Of a stretch of DNA of 45,872 nucleotides, positions 32,986 through 42,245 are shown one piece after another. Numbering within the stretch: position 1 is the first letter of the stretch; the number at the start of each line of letters is the position of its first letter. This stretch comes from Acidimicrobiaceae bacterium (GTDB taxonomy: Bacteria; Actinomycetota; Acidimicrobiia; Acidimicrobiales; Bog-793): the NCBI GenBank assembly GCA_027335685.1, contig DAHWHN010000132.1:1-45872 (forward strand), given 5' to 3'. The notes under the pieces were generated by a model, which worked only from the letters and a program-made list of their open reading frames with translations, was not told the origin of the DNA and ran no database searches. Both the position numbers and the translations under genes were made by a program.

Positions 32986-34116
32986 ATGCGGCTGTTCGAC
33001 ACCGCGCGCGGCGAGGTCGTGCCCTTCGCCCCGGGCGCGGTCGTGCGGATGTACACCTGTGGCATCACGCCCTACGACTCGGCCCACCTCGGCCACGCGG
33101 CGACCTACCTCGCCTACGACGTCCTGCAGCGGCGCCTGCGGGACCTCGGCCACACGACACGCTGCGTCCGCAACGTGACCGACGTCGACGACGACATCCT
33201 CCGCAAGGCCCGGGAGCTCGGGGTGCACTACCTCGACCTCGCCGCCGAGGAGGTCGCCCGCTTCGGCGAGCAGATGTCTGCCCTCGGCCTGCTCCCCTCC
33301 TACAGCGAGCCGCGCGCCACCTCCGCGATCCCCGACATCCTCGGCTTCGTCGCGATGGTGCTCGACGCCGGCCACGCCTACCGCTCGGGCGGCGCGGTCT
33401 ACTTCGACGTCTCGTCGTTCGACCGCTTCGGCCAGGTCAGCCACCTCGATCGCGCGACGATGCTCGAGCTCGCGCGCGAGCGTGGCGGCAATCCGGACGA
33501 TCCGGCCAAGGACGACCCGCTCGACTTCGTGCTCTGGCAGCCATCGCTCCCCGACGAGCCGTCCTGGGAGTCGCTCTGGGGACCGGGTCGCCCGGGCTGG
33601 CACATCGAGTGCTCCGCGCTCGCGATGCGCGAGCTCGGCCACCCGATCGACCTCCACGGCGGCGGGTCCGACCTGGTGTTCCCGCACCACGAGTGCGAGA
33701 CCGCGCAGTCCGAGGCCGCGACGGGCGAGCCCTTCGTGCGGCACTGGATGCACGTCGGGATGGTCTGCCTCGACGGGGAGAAGATGTCGAAGTCGCTCGG
33801 CAACCTCGTCTTCGTCGGCGACTTGTTGCGCGAGCACGACGCAGCGGCCGTGCGGCTCGCGCTGTTGTCCCAGCACTACCGGACGAGCTGGGAGTGGACG
33901 CCGGCCCTGCTCGAGCACGCGGAGGCCCGCCTCGACCTCTGGCGACGCGCGGGCCGTGGCGACGCCGGTCTCGACCTGGTGCGGGCGTGCCTCGACGACG
34001 ACCTCGACGCCCCGGCTGCGCTCCTCGTGCTCGACGAGGCGGCCGAGTCCGGCCGGGGCGTGTCCGTCGCGGCCTCCCTGCTCGGGGTCGAGCTCGACGA
34101 GCAGGCGAGCCGGTAG
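32986..34116 (+). CDS. mshC: cysteine ligase of the CysS class-I family lacking an anticodon-binding domain, most likely mycothiol ligase MshC
   Basis: MRLFDT..., [14 protein letters not shown] (HIGH), [28 protein letters not shown]. The short C-terminus is typical of MshC. GTG 32980, which overlaps the upstream TGA, is the alternative start. Confidence 0.75.
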   Translation: MRLFDTARGEVVPFAPGAVVRMYTCGITPYDSAHLGHAATYLAYDVLQRRLRDLGHTTRCVRNVTDVDDDILRKARELGVHYLDLAAEEVARFGEQMSALGLLPSYSEPRATSAIPDILGFVAMVLDAGHAYRSGGAVYFDVSSFDRFGQVSHLDRATMLELARERGGNPDDPAKDDPLDFVLWQPSLPDEPSWESLWGPGRPGWHIECSALAMRELGHPIDLHGGGSDLVFPHHECETAQSEAATGEPFVRHWMHVGMVCLDGEKMSKSLGNLVFVGDLLREHDAAAVRLALLSQHYRTSWEWTPALLEHAEARLDLWRRAGRGDAGLDLVRACLDDDLDAPAALLVLDEAAESGRGVSVAASLLGVELDEQASR

Positions 34117-34180
34117 GCTTTCCCCACCCGACGTGCCGACGCCCCGGCTGTCGACGAGAGCCGAGGAGCCGAGCGAGCCG

Positions 34181-36202
34181 GTGCCCGAACCCACGATAGA
34201 GGTCGAGCTTCCCGACGGGTCCCGTAAGGTCCTCGCCGCCGGTTCGACGGGAGCAGACCTCGCGGCCGCGATCGGTCGCCGTCTCGCGAAAGACGCCGTC
34301 GTCGTCGAGGTCGAGGGCGAGCTCGTCGACCTGTCCCGGCCGCTGCCGGACGGCGCGAAGGTGCGGGTGGTCGTCGCGGGCTCCGACGAGGGCCGCCAGG
34401 TGCTGCGCCACTCGACGGCCCACGTGCTCGCCCAAGCGGTCTGCGCGCTCTTCCCCGGGGCGCGCTACGCGATCGGGCCGCCGATCGCCGACGGCTTCTA
34501 CTACGACTTCGAGCTGCCCGGGGGCGCCCGGTTCCACGACGAGGACCTGCCCCGGATCGAGCAGGCGATGCGCGCGATCGTCGCCGAGGACCAGCCGTTC
34601 GAGCGCGCGGAGCACAGCGTCGCCGACGGCCTCGAGATCTTCGCCGCGCAGCCCTTCAAGCGAGAGATCATCGAAGGCGTCGGCGCCCTCGGGGCCGGCG
34701 ACGTCGACCCGGAGCTCGCGGCCGAGGCGGGGCCCGTCGTGACGACCTACCGCAACTCCGGCTCGTTCGTCGATCTGTGCCGTGGCCCCCACGTCGCCTC
34801 GACGAGCCGGCTGGGCCACTTCACCTTGACGCGCGTCGCCGGTGCGTACTGGCGGGGCGACGAGCACCGCCCCCAGCTCCAGCGCATCTACGGCACGGCC
34901 TGGGAGAGCGAGGAGGCCCTCGCGGCCCACCTGCACCGCCTCGCCGAGGCGGAGCGTCGCGACCACCGCAAGCTCGGCGCGGAGCTCGACCTGTTCTCCT
35001 TCCCCGACGAGATCGGCTCCGGGCTCGCCGTGTTCCACCCGAAGGGCGGCCTCGTGCGCCGGGTCATGGAGGAGTACTCCCGCACCCGCCACGAGCAGGC
35101 GGGCTACGACTTCGTCTCGACGCCGCACATCACCAAGTCGCAGCTGTTCGAGACCTCCGGGCACCTCGACTGGTTCGCCGAGGGCATGTTCCCGCCGATG
35201 GAGCTCGACGGCGGGGAGCGCTACTACCTCAAGCCGATGAACTGCCCGTTCCACATCCTCATCTACCGCAGCCGCCAGCGGTCCTACCGCGAGCTGCCGA
35301 TGCGGCTGTTCGAGTTCGGGACCGTCTACCGCTACGAGAAGTCCGGCGTGGTCCACGGCCTGACGCGCGTGCGGGGCCTGACCCAGGACGACGCGCACAT
35401 CTTCTGCGCGCGCACCGAGATGCGCGAGGAGCTGGCCTCGCTGCTCGACTTCGTGCTCGACCTTCTCGGCGCGTTCGGCCTCGAGGACTTCTACCTCGAG
35501 CTCTCGACGCGTCCTGCGGGCAAGGCGGTCGGCAGCGACGAGGAGTGGGAGGAGGCGACCGAGGCCCTGCGCTCCGTCGCGGTCGCGAAGTCGCTCGACC
35601 TCGTCCTCGACGACGGCGGGGGCGCCTTCTACGGCCCGAAGATCTCCGTCCAGGTCCGTGACGCGATCGGCCGGACGTGGCAGATGTCGACGATCCAGCT
35701 CGACTTCCAGCTCCCGCAGCGCTTCGGTCTCGAGTACGTCGGCGCCGACAACGCCCGCCACCGGCCGATCATGATCCACCGCGCGCTGTTCGGCTCGATC
35801 GAGCGGTTCTTCGGCGTCCTCGTCGAGCACTACGCGGGGGCGTTCCCGACCTGGCTCGCCCCGGTCCAGGCGCGCGTGCTCCCGGTGCGCGACGACCACG
35901 ACGCGTCGGCTCAGGTCCTGCTCGCCCAGCTGCGTGACGCAGGGCTGCGCGCAGACTGCGAGGGCGCCTCGGAGCCCCTCGGCGCGCGTATCCGCCGTGG
36001 CAAGCTCGAGAAGGTGCCCTACCTGCTCGTCGTCGGCGACGACGACGTCGCGTCGGGCACGGTCGGGGTCAACGTCCGGGGCTCGGACGCGCCCGAGCGG
36101 GGCGTCGAGGTGGCGCACCTCGTCGCACGCATCGCGGCGGACGCCGCGTCGCGGGCGGTGACGCCGCCGATCGCCGGCGTCGACGAGGCGGCACGGGCGT
36201 GA
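34181..36202 (+). CDS. thrS: threonine--tRNA ligase
   Basis: TGS-like N-terminus IEVELPDGS, then [23 protein letters not shown] and class II motifs. GTG 34181 lies 11 nt after GAGGAG. GTG 34133 is the alternative start. Confidence 0.9.
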   Translation: MPEPTIEVELPDGSRKVLAAGSTGADLAAAIGRRLAKDAVVVEVEGELVDLSRPLPDGAKVRVVVAGSDEGRQVLRHSTAHVLAQAVCALFPGARYAIGPPIADGFYYDFELPGGARFHDEDLPRIEQAMRAIVAEDQPFERAEHSVADGLEIFAAQPFKREIIEGVGALGAGDVDPELAAEAGPVVTTYRNSGSFVDLCRGPHVASTSRLGHFTLTRVAGAYWRGDEHRPQLQRIYGTAWESEEALAAHLHRLAEAERRDHRKLGAELDLFSFPDEIGSGLAVFHPKGGLVRRVMEEYSRTRHEQAGYDFVSTPHITKSQLFETSGHLDWFAEGMFPPMELDGGERYYLKPMNCPFHILIYRSRQRSYRELPMRLFEFGTVYRYEKSGVVHGLTRVRGLTQDDAHIFCARTEMREELASLLDFVLDLLGAFGLEDFYLELSTRPAGKAVGSDEEWEEATEALRSVAVAKSLDLVLDDGGGAFYGPKISVQVRDAIGRTWQMSTIQLDFQLPQRFGLEYVGADNARHRPIMIHRALFGSIERFFGVLVEHYAGAFPTWLAPVQARVLPVRDDHDASAQVLLAQLRDAGLRADCEGASEPLGARIRRGKLEKVPYLLVVGDDDVASGTVGVNVRGSDAPERGVEVAHLVARIAADAASRAVTPPIAGVDEAARA

Positions 36203-36206
36203 GCCG

Positions 36207-36800
36207 ATGAGCCTCGACCACCTCTGGGCAGGCTGGCGCTCGGCGTACGTGAGCTGGGTCTCCGACGCCGACGGGCCGCAGCCGGGACCGGGGGAGCCCT
36301 CGGGTCCCGACGCTGCGCCGCCGCACGGCCTCGTGCCCCCGGCCCCCGGCGCCGTCGCGGGCGACGAGGAGGCGAGCTGCGTGTTCTGCCGCATCTTCTC
36401 GAGCGGCCTTCCCGACGAGCAGCGCTTCGTCGTCTGGGACGGCGCGCGTGCCGTGGTCCTGCTCAACGCGTACCCGTACGCGAGCGGGCACGTCCTCGTC
36501 ATGCCGAAGCGCCATGTCGGCGACCTCGCCGACCTCGAACCGGACGAGTCGAGCGAGATCTGGGAGACGACCCGGCGTGCGGTCCGCGCGATCGAGGTCG
36601 CCTACAGCCCCGACGGCTGCAACCTCGGCGCGAACCTCGGGCGTGCGGCCGGCGCCGGGATCCCGCGCCACGTCCACCTGCACGCCCTGCCGCGCTGGGT
36701 CGGCGACACGAACTTCATGACGAGCGTCGCCTCGACGCGGGTCCTGCCCGAGGCGCTCCAGGACACCTGGGCCAAGCTGCGCGACGCGTGGCCGGCGTGA
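36207..36800 (+). CDS. HIT-family nucleotide phosphorylase/hydrolase (Rv2613c-like)
   Basis: CVFCRI, NAYPYASGHVLVMPKRH, HVHLHALPR histidine triad. It lies 4 nt after the thrS stop. Confidence 0.85.
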   Translation: MSLDHLWAGWRSAYVSWVSDADGPQPGPGEPSGPDAAPPHGLVPPAPGAVAGDEEASCVFCRIFSSGLPDEQRFVVWDGARAVVLLNAYPYASGHVLVMPKRHVGDLADLEPDESSEIWETTRRAVRAIEVAYSPDGCNLGANLGRAAGAGIPRHVHLHALPRWVGDTNFMTSVASTRVLPEALQDTWAKLRDAWPA

Positions 36801-36813
36801 GGGCGACACGCCG

Positions 36814-37599
36814 GTGCCGGACCGGGAGGAGCCGGTGAGCGAGAGCCACGGCATCGGCGCGCTCGCGTACGAGTCGTACCTCGACGCCATCGGCGAGGAG
36901 GCGGACCGCCTCGGCCACGCCGCCGAACGCGACCCGAGCGCCCCGGTGCCGTCGTGCCCGGGCTGGGACGCGGCCGCCCTGCTCGACCACGTGACGGCGG
37001 TCTACCTGCGCCAGCTCGAACGTCTCGCGGCCGGCGACGCGCCGCGCGACGAGGCGCGTGGCGGATCGGCGCGCGGCGCCACGGCTCCGGGCACCGCCGA
37101 CCGGGAGGCCCTCGACCACGCGGCCACGCAACTGCTCGCCGCGCTCGCCGAGAGCGGGCCGGACGCGCCGTGCTGGAACTTCACCGGCCACGACACCGTC
37201 GCGCGCTGGGTCGCCCGGCGCGTCGCGCTCGAGACGGCCGTCCACCGGGTCGACGCCGAGCGGGCCGTCGGGTCCGCGACCCCCGTCGAGACCGAGCTCG
37301 CGGTCGACGGCCTCGACGAGCGCATCCACGTCGTCTTGCCGCACATGCTCGCCCGCGCGCCGGACGCGACCCTCGGTGGCTCGCTCTGCATGGTCTGCAC
37401 GGACGCCGACGCGGCGGTCGTCGTCGACGTCGCAGGTGGCCGTGTCCGCGCACGCAGAGGTCGCGGGCCTGCGGACGCCGTCGTCGTCGGGCCGGCGTCG
37501 CAGCTCCTGCTCTACAGCTGGGGACGCCTCGAGCCCGACGCGCTCGAGCTGACGGGGGACCGCGCCGTCGCCCGTGCGTGGGCCGCCCTACCCGGCTGA
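36814..37599 (+). CDS. DinB-like / mycothiol-dependent maleylpyruvate isomerase N-terminal domain family protein
   Basis: CPGWDAAALLDHV, ETAVHRVDAE, and a C-terminal SCP2-like tail. GTG start. Confidence 0.65.
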   Translation: MPDREEPVSESHGIGALAYESYLDAIGEEADRLGHAAERDPSAPVPSCPGWDAAALLDHVTAVYLRQLERLAAGDAPRDEARGGSARGATAPGTADREALDHAATQLLAALAESGPDAPCWNFTGHDTVARWVARRVALETAVHRVDAERAVGSATPVETELAVDGLDERIHVVLPHMLARAPDATLGGSLCMVCTDADAAVVVDVAGGRVRARRGRGPADAVVVGPASQLLLYSWGRLEPDALELTGDRAVARAWAALPG

Positions 37600-37622
37600 G
37601 GTCGAGCCCGACCTGTGCCGAG

Positions 37623-37649
37623 CGGGACGGCGAGCAGCGCTCCGTCCCG
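37623..37649 (+). terminator. 8-bp GC hairpin after the DinB-like gene
   Basis: CGGGACGG (37623-37630) pairs with CCGTCCCG (37642-37649) around an 11-nt loop. TAGCCT at 37681-37686 could be a -10 for pgsA. Confidence 0.3.
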
Positions 37650-37708
37650 GGTGCCCCGGTGGCCACGCGGCCCGCTCTGGTAGCCTGGCCAAGGGACGAG
37701 GAGGTTCC

Positions 37709-38593
37709 ATGATCGACGGTCGGCGTGACCGCACACGGGAGCCGCAGGGCACGGGCGCAGCGGCGCGGCGCGGGGGGGTCGGGGCCCGCCTCGTGCGCCT
37801 CGGCGTGTCGGCGGACCTCGTCACCGCCTTCGGCGTGCTCATCGCCGCGGTCAACGCCGTCGTCATCGGCACGGGTCACCTCTACGTCGCGTGCGCCCTG
37901 CTGATCGTGGGCGGGCTGATGGACACCCTCGACGGCGCCGTCGCGAAGGCCGCCGGCTCGTCGTCGGCGCGGGGTGCCTTCCTCGACTCCGTCGCGGACC
38001 GGGTCGCGGACTCGCTGCTCTTCGGCGGTCTGGCCTGGTACCTCGCGGTCGGACGCCACCCGGCCGACGCCCTCTTGCCGGTCGCCATCCTCGCCGTCAG
38101 CTCGGTCATCTCCTACGAGCGGGCCAAGGCCGAGTCCCTCGGCTTCAGCGCGCGCGGCGGGCTCATGGAGCGTGCGGAGCGTCTCATCGGCTTCGGTCTC
38201 GCGATGCTCGTCCACGTCGTGATGATCCCGCTGCTCGTCGCGCTGCTCGTGCTCACGACCGGCACCGCCATCGGGCGGTTCGTGCGGGTCTGGCGCCAGG
38301 CGAGCGGCACGGTCGTCGCGGCGTCGCCGGCGACGGCACGGCTCTGGCGGCGCGGCAAGGTCGAGTCGCGCTGGCGGCAGCTGCGCGAGACCGGGAGCCC
38401 GGTGCCCGGGCGGCTCTCGGGGGCTCCGAGCGCGCGCTGGCGCAACCGCCGCCGTGAGGCACCGCTCTCGACTCGTCTGCGCCGGGTGCTGAGCACCCAG
38501 GACGCGGCACGGGCGAGCCGGCCCAAGGCGCCGCGCGCGGAGCGCTCGGCACGTGCGCTGCGCCGTCGGATGGACGACGGTCGCTCCCGCTGA
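37709..38593 (+). CDS. pgsA: CDP-alcohol phosphatidyltransferase (phosphatidylinositol-phosphate synthase-like) with a ~95-aa Arg-rich C-terminal extension
   Basis: ATG lies 4 nt after GAGGAGG. The motif DTLDGAVAK...FLDSVADRVAD (DGx2AR...Gx3Dx3D type) and TM segments are present. The tail from about 38300 is RWRQLRE...RRRMDDGRSR. Confidence 0.85.
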   Translation: MIDGRRDRTREPQGTGAAARRGGVGARLVRLGVSADLVTAFGVLIAAVNAVVIGTGHLYVACALLIVGGLMDTLDGAVAKAAGSSSARGAFLDSVADRVADSLLFGGLAWYLAVGRHPADALLPVAILAVSSVISYERAKAESLGFSARGGLMERAERLIGFGLAMLVHVVMIPLLVALLVLTTGTAIGRFVRVWRQASGTVVAASPATARLWRRGKVESRWRQLRETGSPVPGRLSGAPSARWRNRRREAPLSTRLRRVLSTQDAARASRPKAPRAERSARALRRRMDDGRSR

Positions 38594-39504
38594 CCACGCC
38601 AGGGCCCCGGCGGGGCGCGCCTGGCGCGGACGGCGGGCGCCGCGCCTATCTCACCTACCGGATCCTCGCCGCAGCGCTGCGCGCCGCGCCCCGCGCCGTC
38701 GGCGTCGGCGCCGCAGCAGAGGTCGCGCGTGCGCTCGCCCGCCGCTCGCCCGAGCGCCGGGCGGTCGTCGAGGCGAACCTGCGCCACGTCCTCGGCCCCG
38801 GCGTCGGCGACGCGCAGCTGCAGCGGACCGTCCGGAGCGCGTTCGCCTCCTACGGGCGCTACTGGGCCGACGCAGCCGCCCTCGACCCAGCCGACCGCCA
38901 CCCGTTCTCCCGTGGTCTCGCCGTCGACGGCATCGAGCACCTGCGCAGGGCCCAGCAGGCCGGAGCAGGCGCCGTCGTCGCGCTGCCGCACCTCGGCTCG
39001 TGGGAGATCGGAGCCGTCTGGGCTGCCCGTCAGGGGTTCCCGCTCACGACGGTGGCAGAGCCCGTCGAGCCGCCGGAGCTGTTCTCCTGGCTCGTCGCGC
39101 AGCGCGAGGCGCTCGGGATGCGCGTCCTGCCGCTCGGGTCCTCGGCGACCGAGCTCCTCGCGACGCTGCGATCCGGCGGGTTCGTCGCGCTGCTCGCAGA
39201 CCGTGACATCCTCGGCGACGGCGTCGCCGTCGAGCTGTTCGGCGCGCGCACGACCCTCCCCGCAGGACCGGCGGCCCTCGCGCTCCGCAGCGGCGCGCCG
39301 CTCATCCCGGCGGGGATCTACCTCGAGCGCGGCGGGGCGCACCGGATCGTCGTGCGACCGCCGATCGCTGCATCGCGAGAGGGTCGCCTGCGCGCCGACG
39401 TCGCCCGCCTGACCCAGCGTCTCGCGGGCGAGCTCGAGGTGCTGGTCCGGCTCGCGCCCGAGCAGTGGCACGTCTTCCAGCCCAACTGGCCCCCGACGAC
39501 CTGA
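38590..39504 (+). CDS. lysophospholipid/lipid-A-type acyltransferase (PIM acyltransferase, Rv2611c-like); 5' end assigned to a non-canonical CTG
   Basis: The frame is open from 38458 and has high GC3. It reads ...YLTYRILAAAL...FASYGRYWAD...ALPHLGSWEIG (Hx4E motif at 38989)...LADRD. There is no ATG, GTG or TTG in frame before GTG 39052. The CTG at 38590 overlaps the pgsA TGA (CTGA). Confidence 0.7.
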   Translation: MTTPGPRRGAPGADGGRRAYLTYRILAAALRAAPRAVGVGAAAEVARALARRSPERRAVVEANLRHVLGPGVGDAQLQRTVRSAFASYGRYWADAAALDPADRHPFSRGLAVDGIEHLRRAQQAGAGAVVALPHLGSWEIGAVWAARQGFPLTTVAEPVEPPELFSWLVAQREALGMRVLPLGSSATELLATLRSGGFVALLADRDILGDGVAVELFGARTTLPAGPAALALRSGAPLIPAGIYLERGGAHRIVVRPPIAASREGRLRADVARLTQRLAGELEVLVRLAPEQWHVFQPNWPPTT

Positions 39505-39511
39505 CGGGCAC

Positions 39512-40609
39512 GTGCGCGTCGTACTCGTCTGTCCCTACGGCCTCGCCGCGCCCGGCGGCGTCCAGAGCCAGGTGCTCGGCCTGGCCGGCGCGCTTGGCGA
39601 CGCAGGCTGTGACGTGGCCGTCGTCGCGCCGGCAGACGGCCTCCGGGCCGAGCCGGACCGGCCGTTCACGGTGGTGTCGGCAGGCAGGACGCTGCGGCTT
39701 CCCGCGAACGGGTCGGTGGCGCCGATCGCGCTCGACCCACGCGCGGCGCGTCGGGCGCTCGCGGCGGTCCGGCTGTGGCAGCCCGACGTCGTCCACGTCC
39801 ACGAGCCGTTCGTGCCGCTCGTGCCGCTCGTGCTCGCGCTCGGTCGCCACGCGCCGGTGGTGGCGACGTTCCACCGCTCGGGTGCGAGCGCGGCCTACCG
39901 CATGCTCGGACCGGCGGCACGCGCCGTCTACGCCCGCCTCGACGAGGTGGTCGCGGTCTCGGAGGCCGCGCGTGCGACGCTCGCAGCCGTCGTCGGGGAG
40001 GGCCAGTCGCGCCGGTGTGGGCTCGTGCCGAACGGCGTGGACTGCGCGCGCTTTCGGCACGCCCGGCCGTGGCCGACGAGCGGTCCGACCGCGCTGTTCG
40101 TCGGTCGCCACGAGCGACGCAAGGGTCTCGGGGTCCTGCTCGCCGCGAGCCGGCAGCTCCCTGCGGCGGCACGGCTCTGGGTGCTCGGCTCCGGGCCCGA
40201 GACCGCAGAGCTGCGGCGGCGCTACGGGTCCGATCCGCGGATCGAGTGGTGCGGCCAGGTCGGCGACGACGAGCTTGCACGCCGGGTCGCCGGAGCGGAC
40301 GTGCTCGTCGCGCCGGCTCTCGGCGGCGAGTCCTTCGGCGTCGTGCTGCTCGAGGCGATGGCGGCCGGCACGGCTGTGCTCGCGTCGGACATCCCCGGCT
40401 ATCGCGACGCCGCAGGCGGCGCGGCGCGCCTTACCCGTCCGGGGGACCCGGACGAGCTTGCACGCGCTCTCGGCGAGCTGCTCGTCGATCGCGACGCGCG
40501 CGCGTCTCTCGTCGCCGCCGGCCGCGAGCGGGCTGGCGCCTGCGCGATGTCGTCCGTGGCCGACCAGTACCTCGAGCGCTACGCCGTCGTGCGCGGCCGG
40601 GGCAGGTGA
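39512..40609 (+). CDS. pimA: GT4 glycosyltransferase, phosphatidylinositol alpha-mannosyltransferase-like
   Basis: MRVVLVCPY...GGVQSQV, VHVHEP, FVGRHERRKG, ESFGVVLLEAMAAG. Position after pgsA and the acyltransferase matches mycobacteria. Confidence 0.85.
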   Translation: MRVVLVCPYGLAAPGGVQSQVLGLAGALGDAGCDVAVVAPADGLRAEPDRPFTVVSAGRTLRLPANGSVAPIALDPRAARRALAAVRLWQPDVVHVHEPFVPLVPLVLALGRHAPVVATFHRSGASAAYRMLGPAARAVYARLDEVVAVSEAARATLAAVVGEGQSRRCGLVPNGVDCARFRHARPWPTSGPTALFVGRHERRKGLGVLLAASRQLPAAARLWVLGSGPETAELRRRYGSDPRIEWCGQVGDDELARRVAGADVLVAPALGGESFGVVLLEAMAAGTAVLASDIPGYRDAAGGAARLTRPGDPDELARALGELLVDRDARASLVAAGRERAGACAMSSVADQYLERYAVVRGRGR

Positions 40610-41074
40610 GCTTCGCCGACGCGCTGACCGGGTCAGCTCCGCCGGCGTGCGGCGCGGCTCGGAGCCGCCGGCGCGACGAGACGTGCGGGGCGCGCCGCGC
40701 TGCGGCACGGGCGTGACCGCCGCGACACGTGTGCCGGGGCGTGGCCGCGGGCCGGCGCGGTCGGCACCCCGGTCGGGCGCGTGCCGGCGGTCTCGGGGCC
40801 CTCGGGGCGTGCCGGAGCGGAGTCGGCGCGCAGCGCGAGGTAGGCGCGTACGAGCGCGGTTGCCCTGAGCAGCACTGCCGCCCAGGCGGGCCGTCGCGTG
40901 GTGTCGCGGGCGGCCCGGGAGGTGCCGAGCGCCCGGTGCCGACTGGTCGAGATGCTCACGAGCACGCTTACGGCGCGCTGTGCGGGTTGCTCAAGGGTCC
41001 GGGCTGCTCGATATCGAGACGACCTCGTGGGCCTCGTGGCCCGTGGCTGCGCCCGTCTCCTAGACTCGCCCCGG

Positions 41075-42220
41075 ATGGCACAGAGCTCGCAGGGCGGACG
41101 CGGCGGCGCCGGGAGCCGGTCCGCAGGTGGCCGGACCGCCGGGAGCCGGTCCGCAGGCGGCCGGGCAGCGCGGAGCCGCGGTGGCCCGAGCCCGGTGTCG
41201 GGCGGGCGCGGGTCGGGCGGGCGCGAGACGCCGTCGGCAACGGCAAGCGCGTCCCCGAGGTCGCGCGGCGGTGCGGGCCGGCGCGACGCGGCGAGCGTCT
41301 CGCCAGATGCGCAGTCTGCGAGTCGTGCGGGCCGGCGGGTCGCAGCAGGTCCGGGCCGCGCCGGCGCGTCGGGCACGACGACGGCGTCGTCGCCCCTGCG
41401 GGACACCCGTGATCTCGGCGCCGGGGTTGCCGTCGCGACAGGGGTGGCGCCGTCGCGTGTCGCCGGCGCGCTGGCCGTCGCGGTCGCCGCTGTCGGTGCG
41501 GTCCTGGTCGTCGTCGCCGTCGGGCTCGGCGGGGCTGCCGTCATGGTCGCGGTCGGGGCCGTCCTGGTCGTGGCCGGCGTCGCGGTCGGCCTGTCGAGCC
41601 GCGTCCTCGGCTCCCCGGCGCGTCTCGCGGCCCGGATCGGCGGCCGTCCGGCCGACGCCGTCGCCGACGCCGGCCTCGTGAGCACCGTGGACGGGCTCTG
41701 CGCGGTCCTCGGGCTGCGCGCGCCGGCGCTGCGCGTCCTCGAGGACCCGGCCGCAAACGCGATCGTGCTCGGCGCGCGCGCGTCCGATGCCGTGCTCGTC
41801 GTGACGACGGGCCTGCTCGGCCTGCTCGACCCGATCGAGCTCGAGGGACTCGTCGCGCACGAGCTCGCGCACGCCCGGCGCGGGGACCTCGAGCGCGCGC
41901 GCGCCGCGACCCAGGCGCTCGGTCTCGTGGCCCACGCAAGCGGGCGTGCGGCACGCTGGGTCCGCACGCTCGCCGGGCCCGAGCGCGAGTCCTACGCGGA
42001 CCTTCGTGCGGTCAGCGCGACGCGCTATCCTCCCGGCCTCGCATCGGCGCTGCACAAGATCGTGCAGGCGCCGACCACGCGCCCTGCCGGGCTCGATACG
42101 GTGACGGCGCGCCTCACGGCAGCGCTGTGGTGCGCCCCGCTCGAGGAGGCGGCCGAACGGCCGTCCCGGCCCGGGGTGCTCGACGTGGGGGAGCGCGCGA
42201 GCGCTCTCGACGAGTTGTGA
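41075..42220 (+). CDS. M48-like zinc metalloprotease with RG-rich disordered N-terminus and two TM segments
   Basis: HELAHARRGD (HExxH), TM stretch ALAVAVAAVGAVLVVVAVGLGGAAVMVAVGAVLVVAGVAVGL. ATG 41075 lies 8 nt after TAGACT. GC3 drops upstream of this ATG. Confidence 0.65.
   Translation: MAQSSQGGRGGAGSRSAGGRTAGSRSAGGRAARSRGGPSPVSGGRGSGGRETPSATASASPRSRGGAGRRDAASVSPDAQSASRAGRRVAAGPGRAGASGTTTASSPLRDTRDLGAGVAVATGVAPSRVAGALAVAVAAVGAVLVVVAVGLGGAAVMVAVGAVLVVAGVAVGLSSRVLGSPARLAARIGGRPADAVADAGLVSTVDGLCAVLGLRAPALRVLEDPAANAIVLGARASDAVLVVTTGLLGLLDPIELEGLVAHELAHARRGDLERARAATQALGLVAHASGRAARWVRTLAGPERESYADLRAVSATRYPPGLASALHKIVQAPTTRPAGLDTVTARLTAALWCAPLEEAAERPSRPGVLDVGERASALDEL
41108..41167. repeat. 30-bp tandem duplication inside the protease N-terminal region
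   Basis: GCCGGGAGCCGGTCCGCAGGTGGCCGGACC (41108-41137) and GCCGGGAGCCGGTCCGCAGGCGGCCGGGCA (41138-41167). It encodes AGSRSAGGRT/AGSRSAGGRA. Confidence 0.8.
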
Positions 42221-42245
42221 CGTCCGACCACGAGGGAGGAACCAG

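Noticed and set aside
33437-36502. 1021-aa minus-strand ORF opposite mshC, thrS and the HIT gene
   Set aside because: It lies antisense to three strongly supported housekeeping genes and has low-complexity composition.
40633-40990. Possible ~110-aa minus-strand ORF ending at 40633 in the pimA-protease gap
   Set aside because: Its Arg/Ala/Pro-rich sequence has no motifs, no ribosome-binding site and no clear start. It is indistinguishable from background in this GC range. The gap is reported as unassigned instead.
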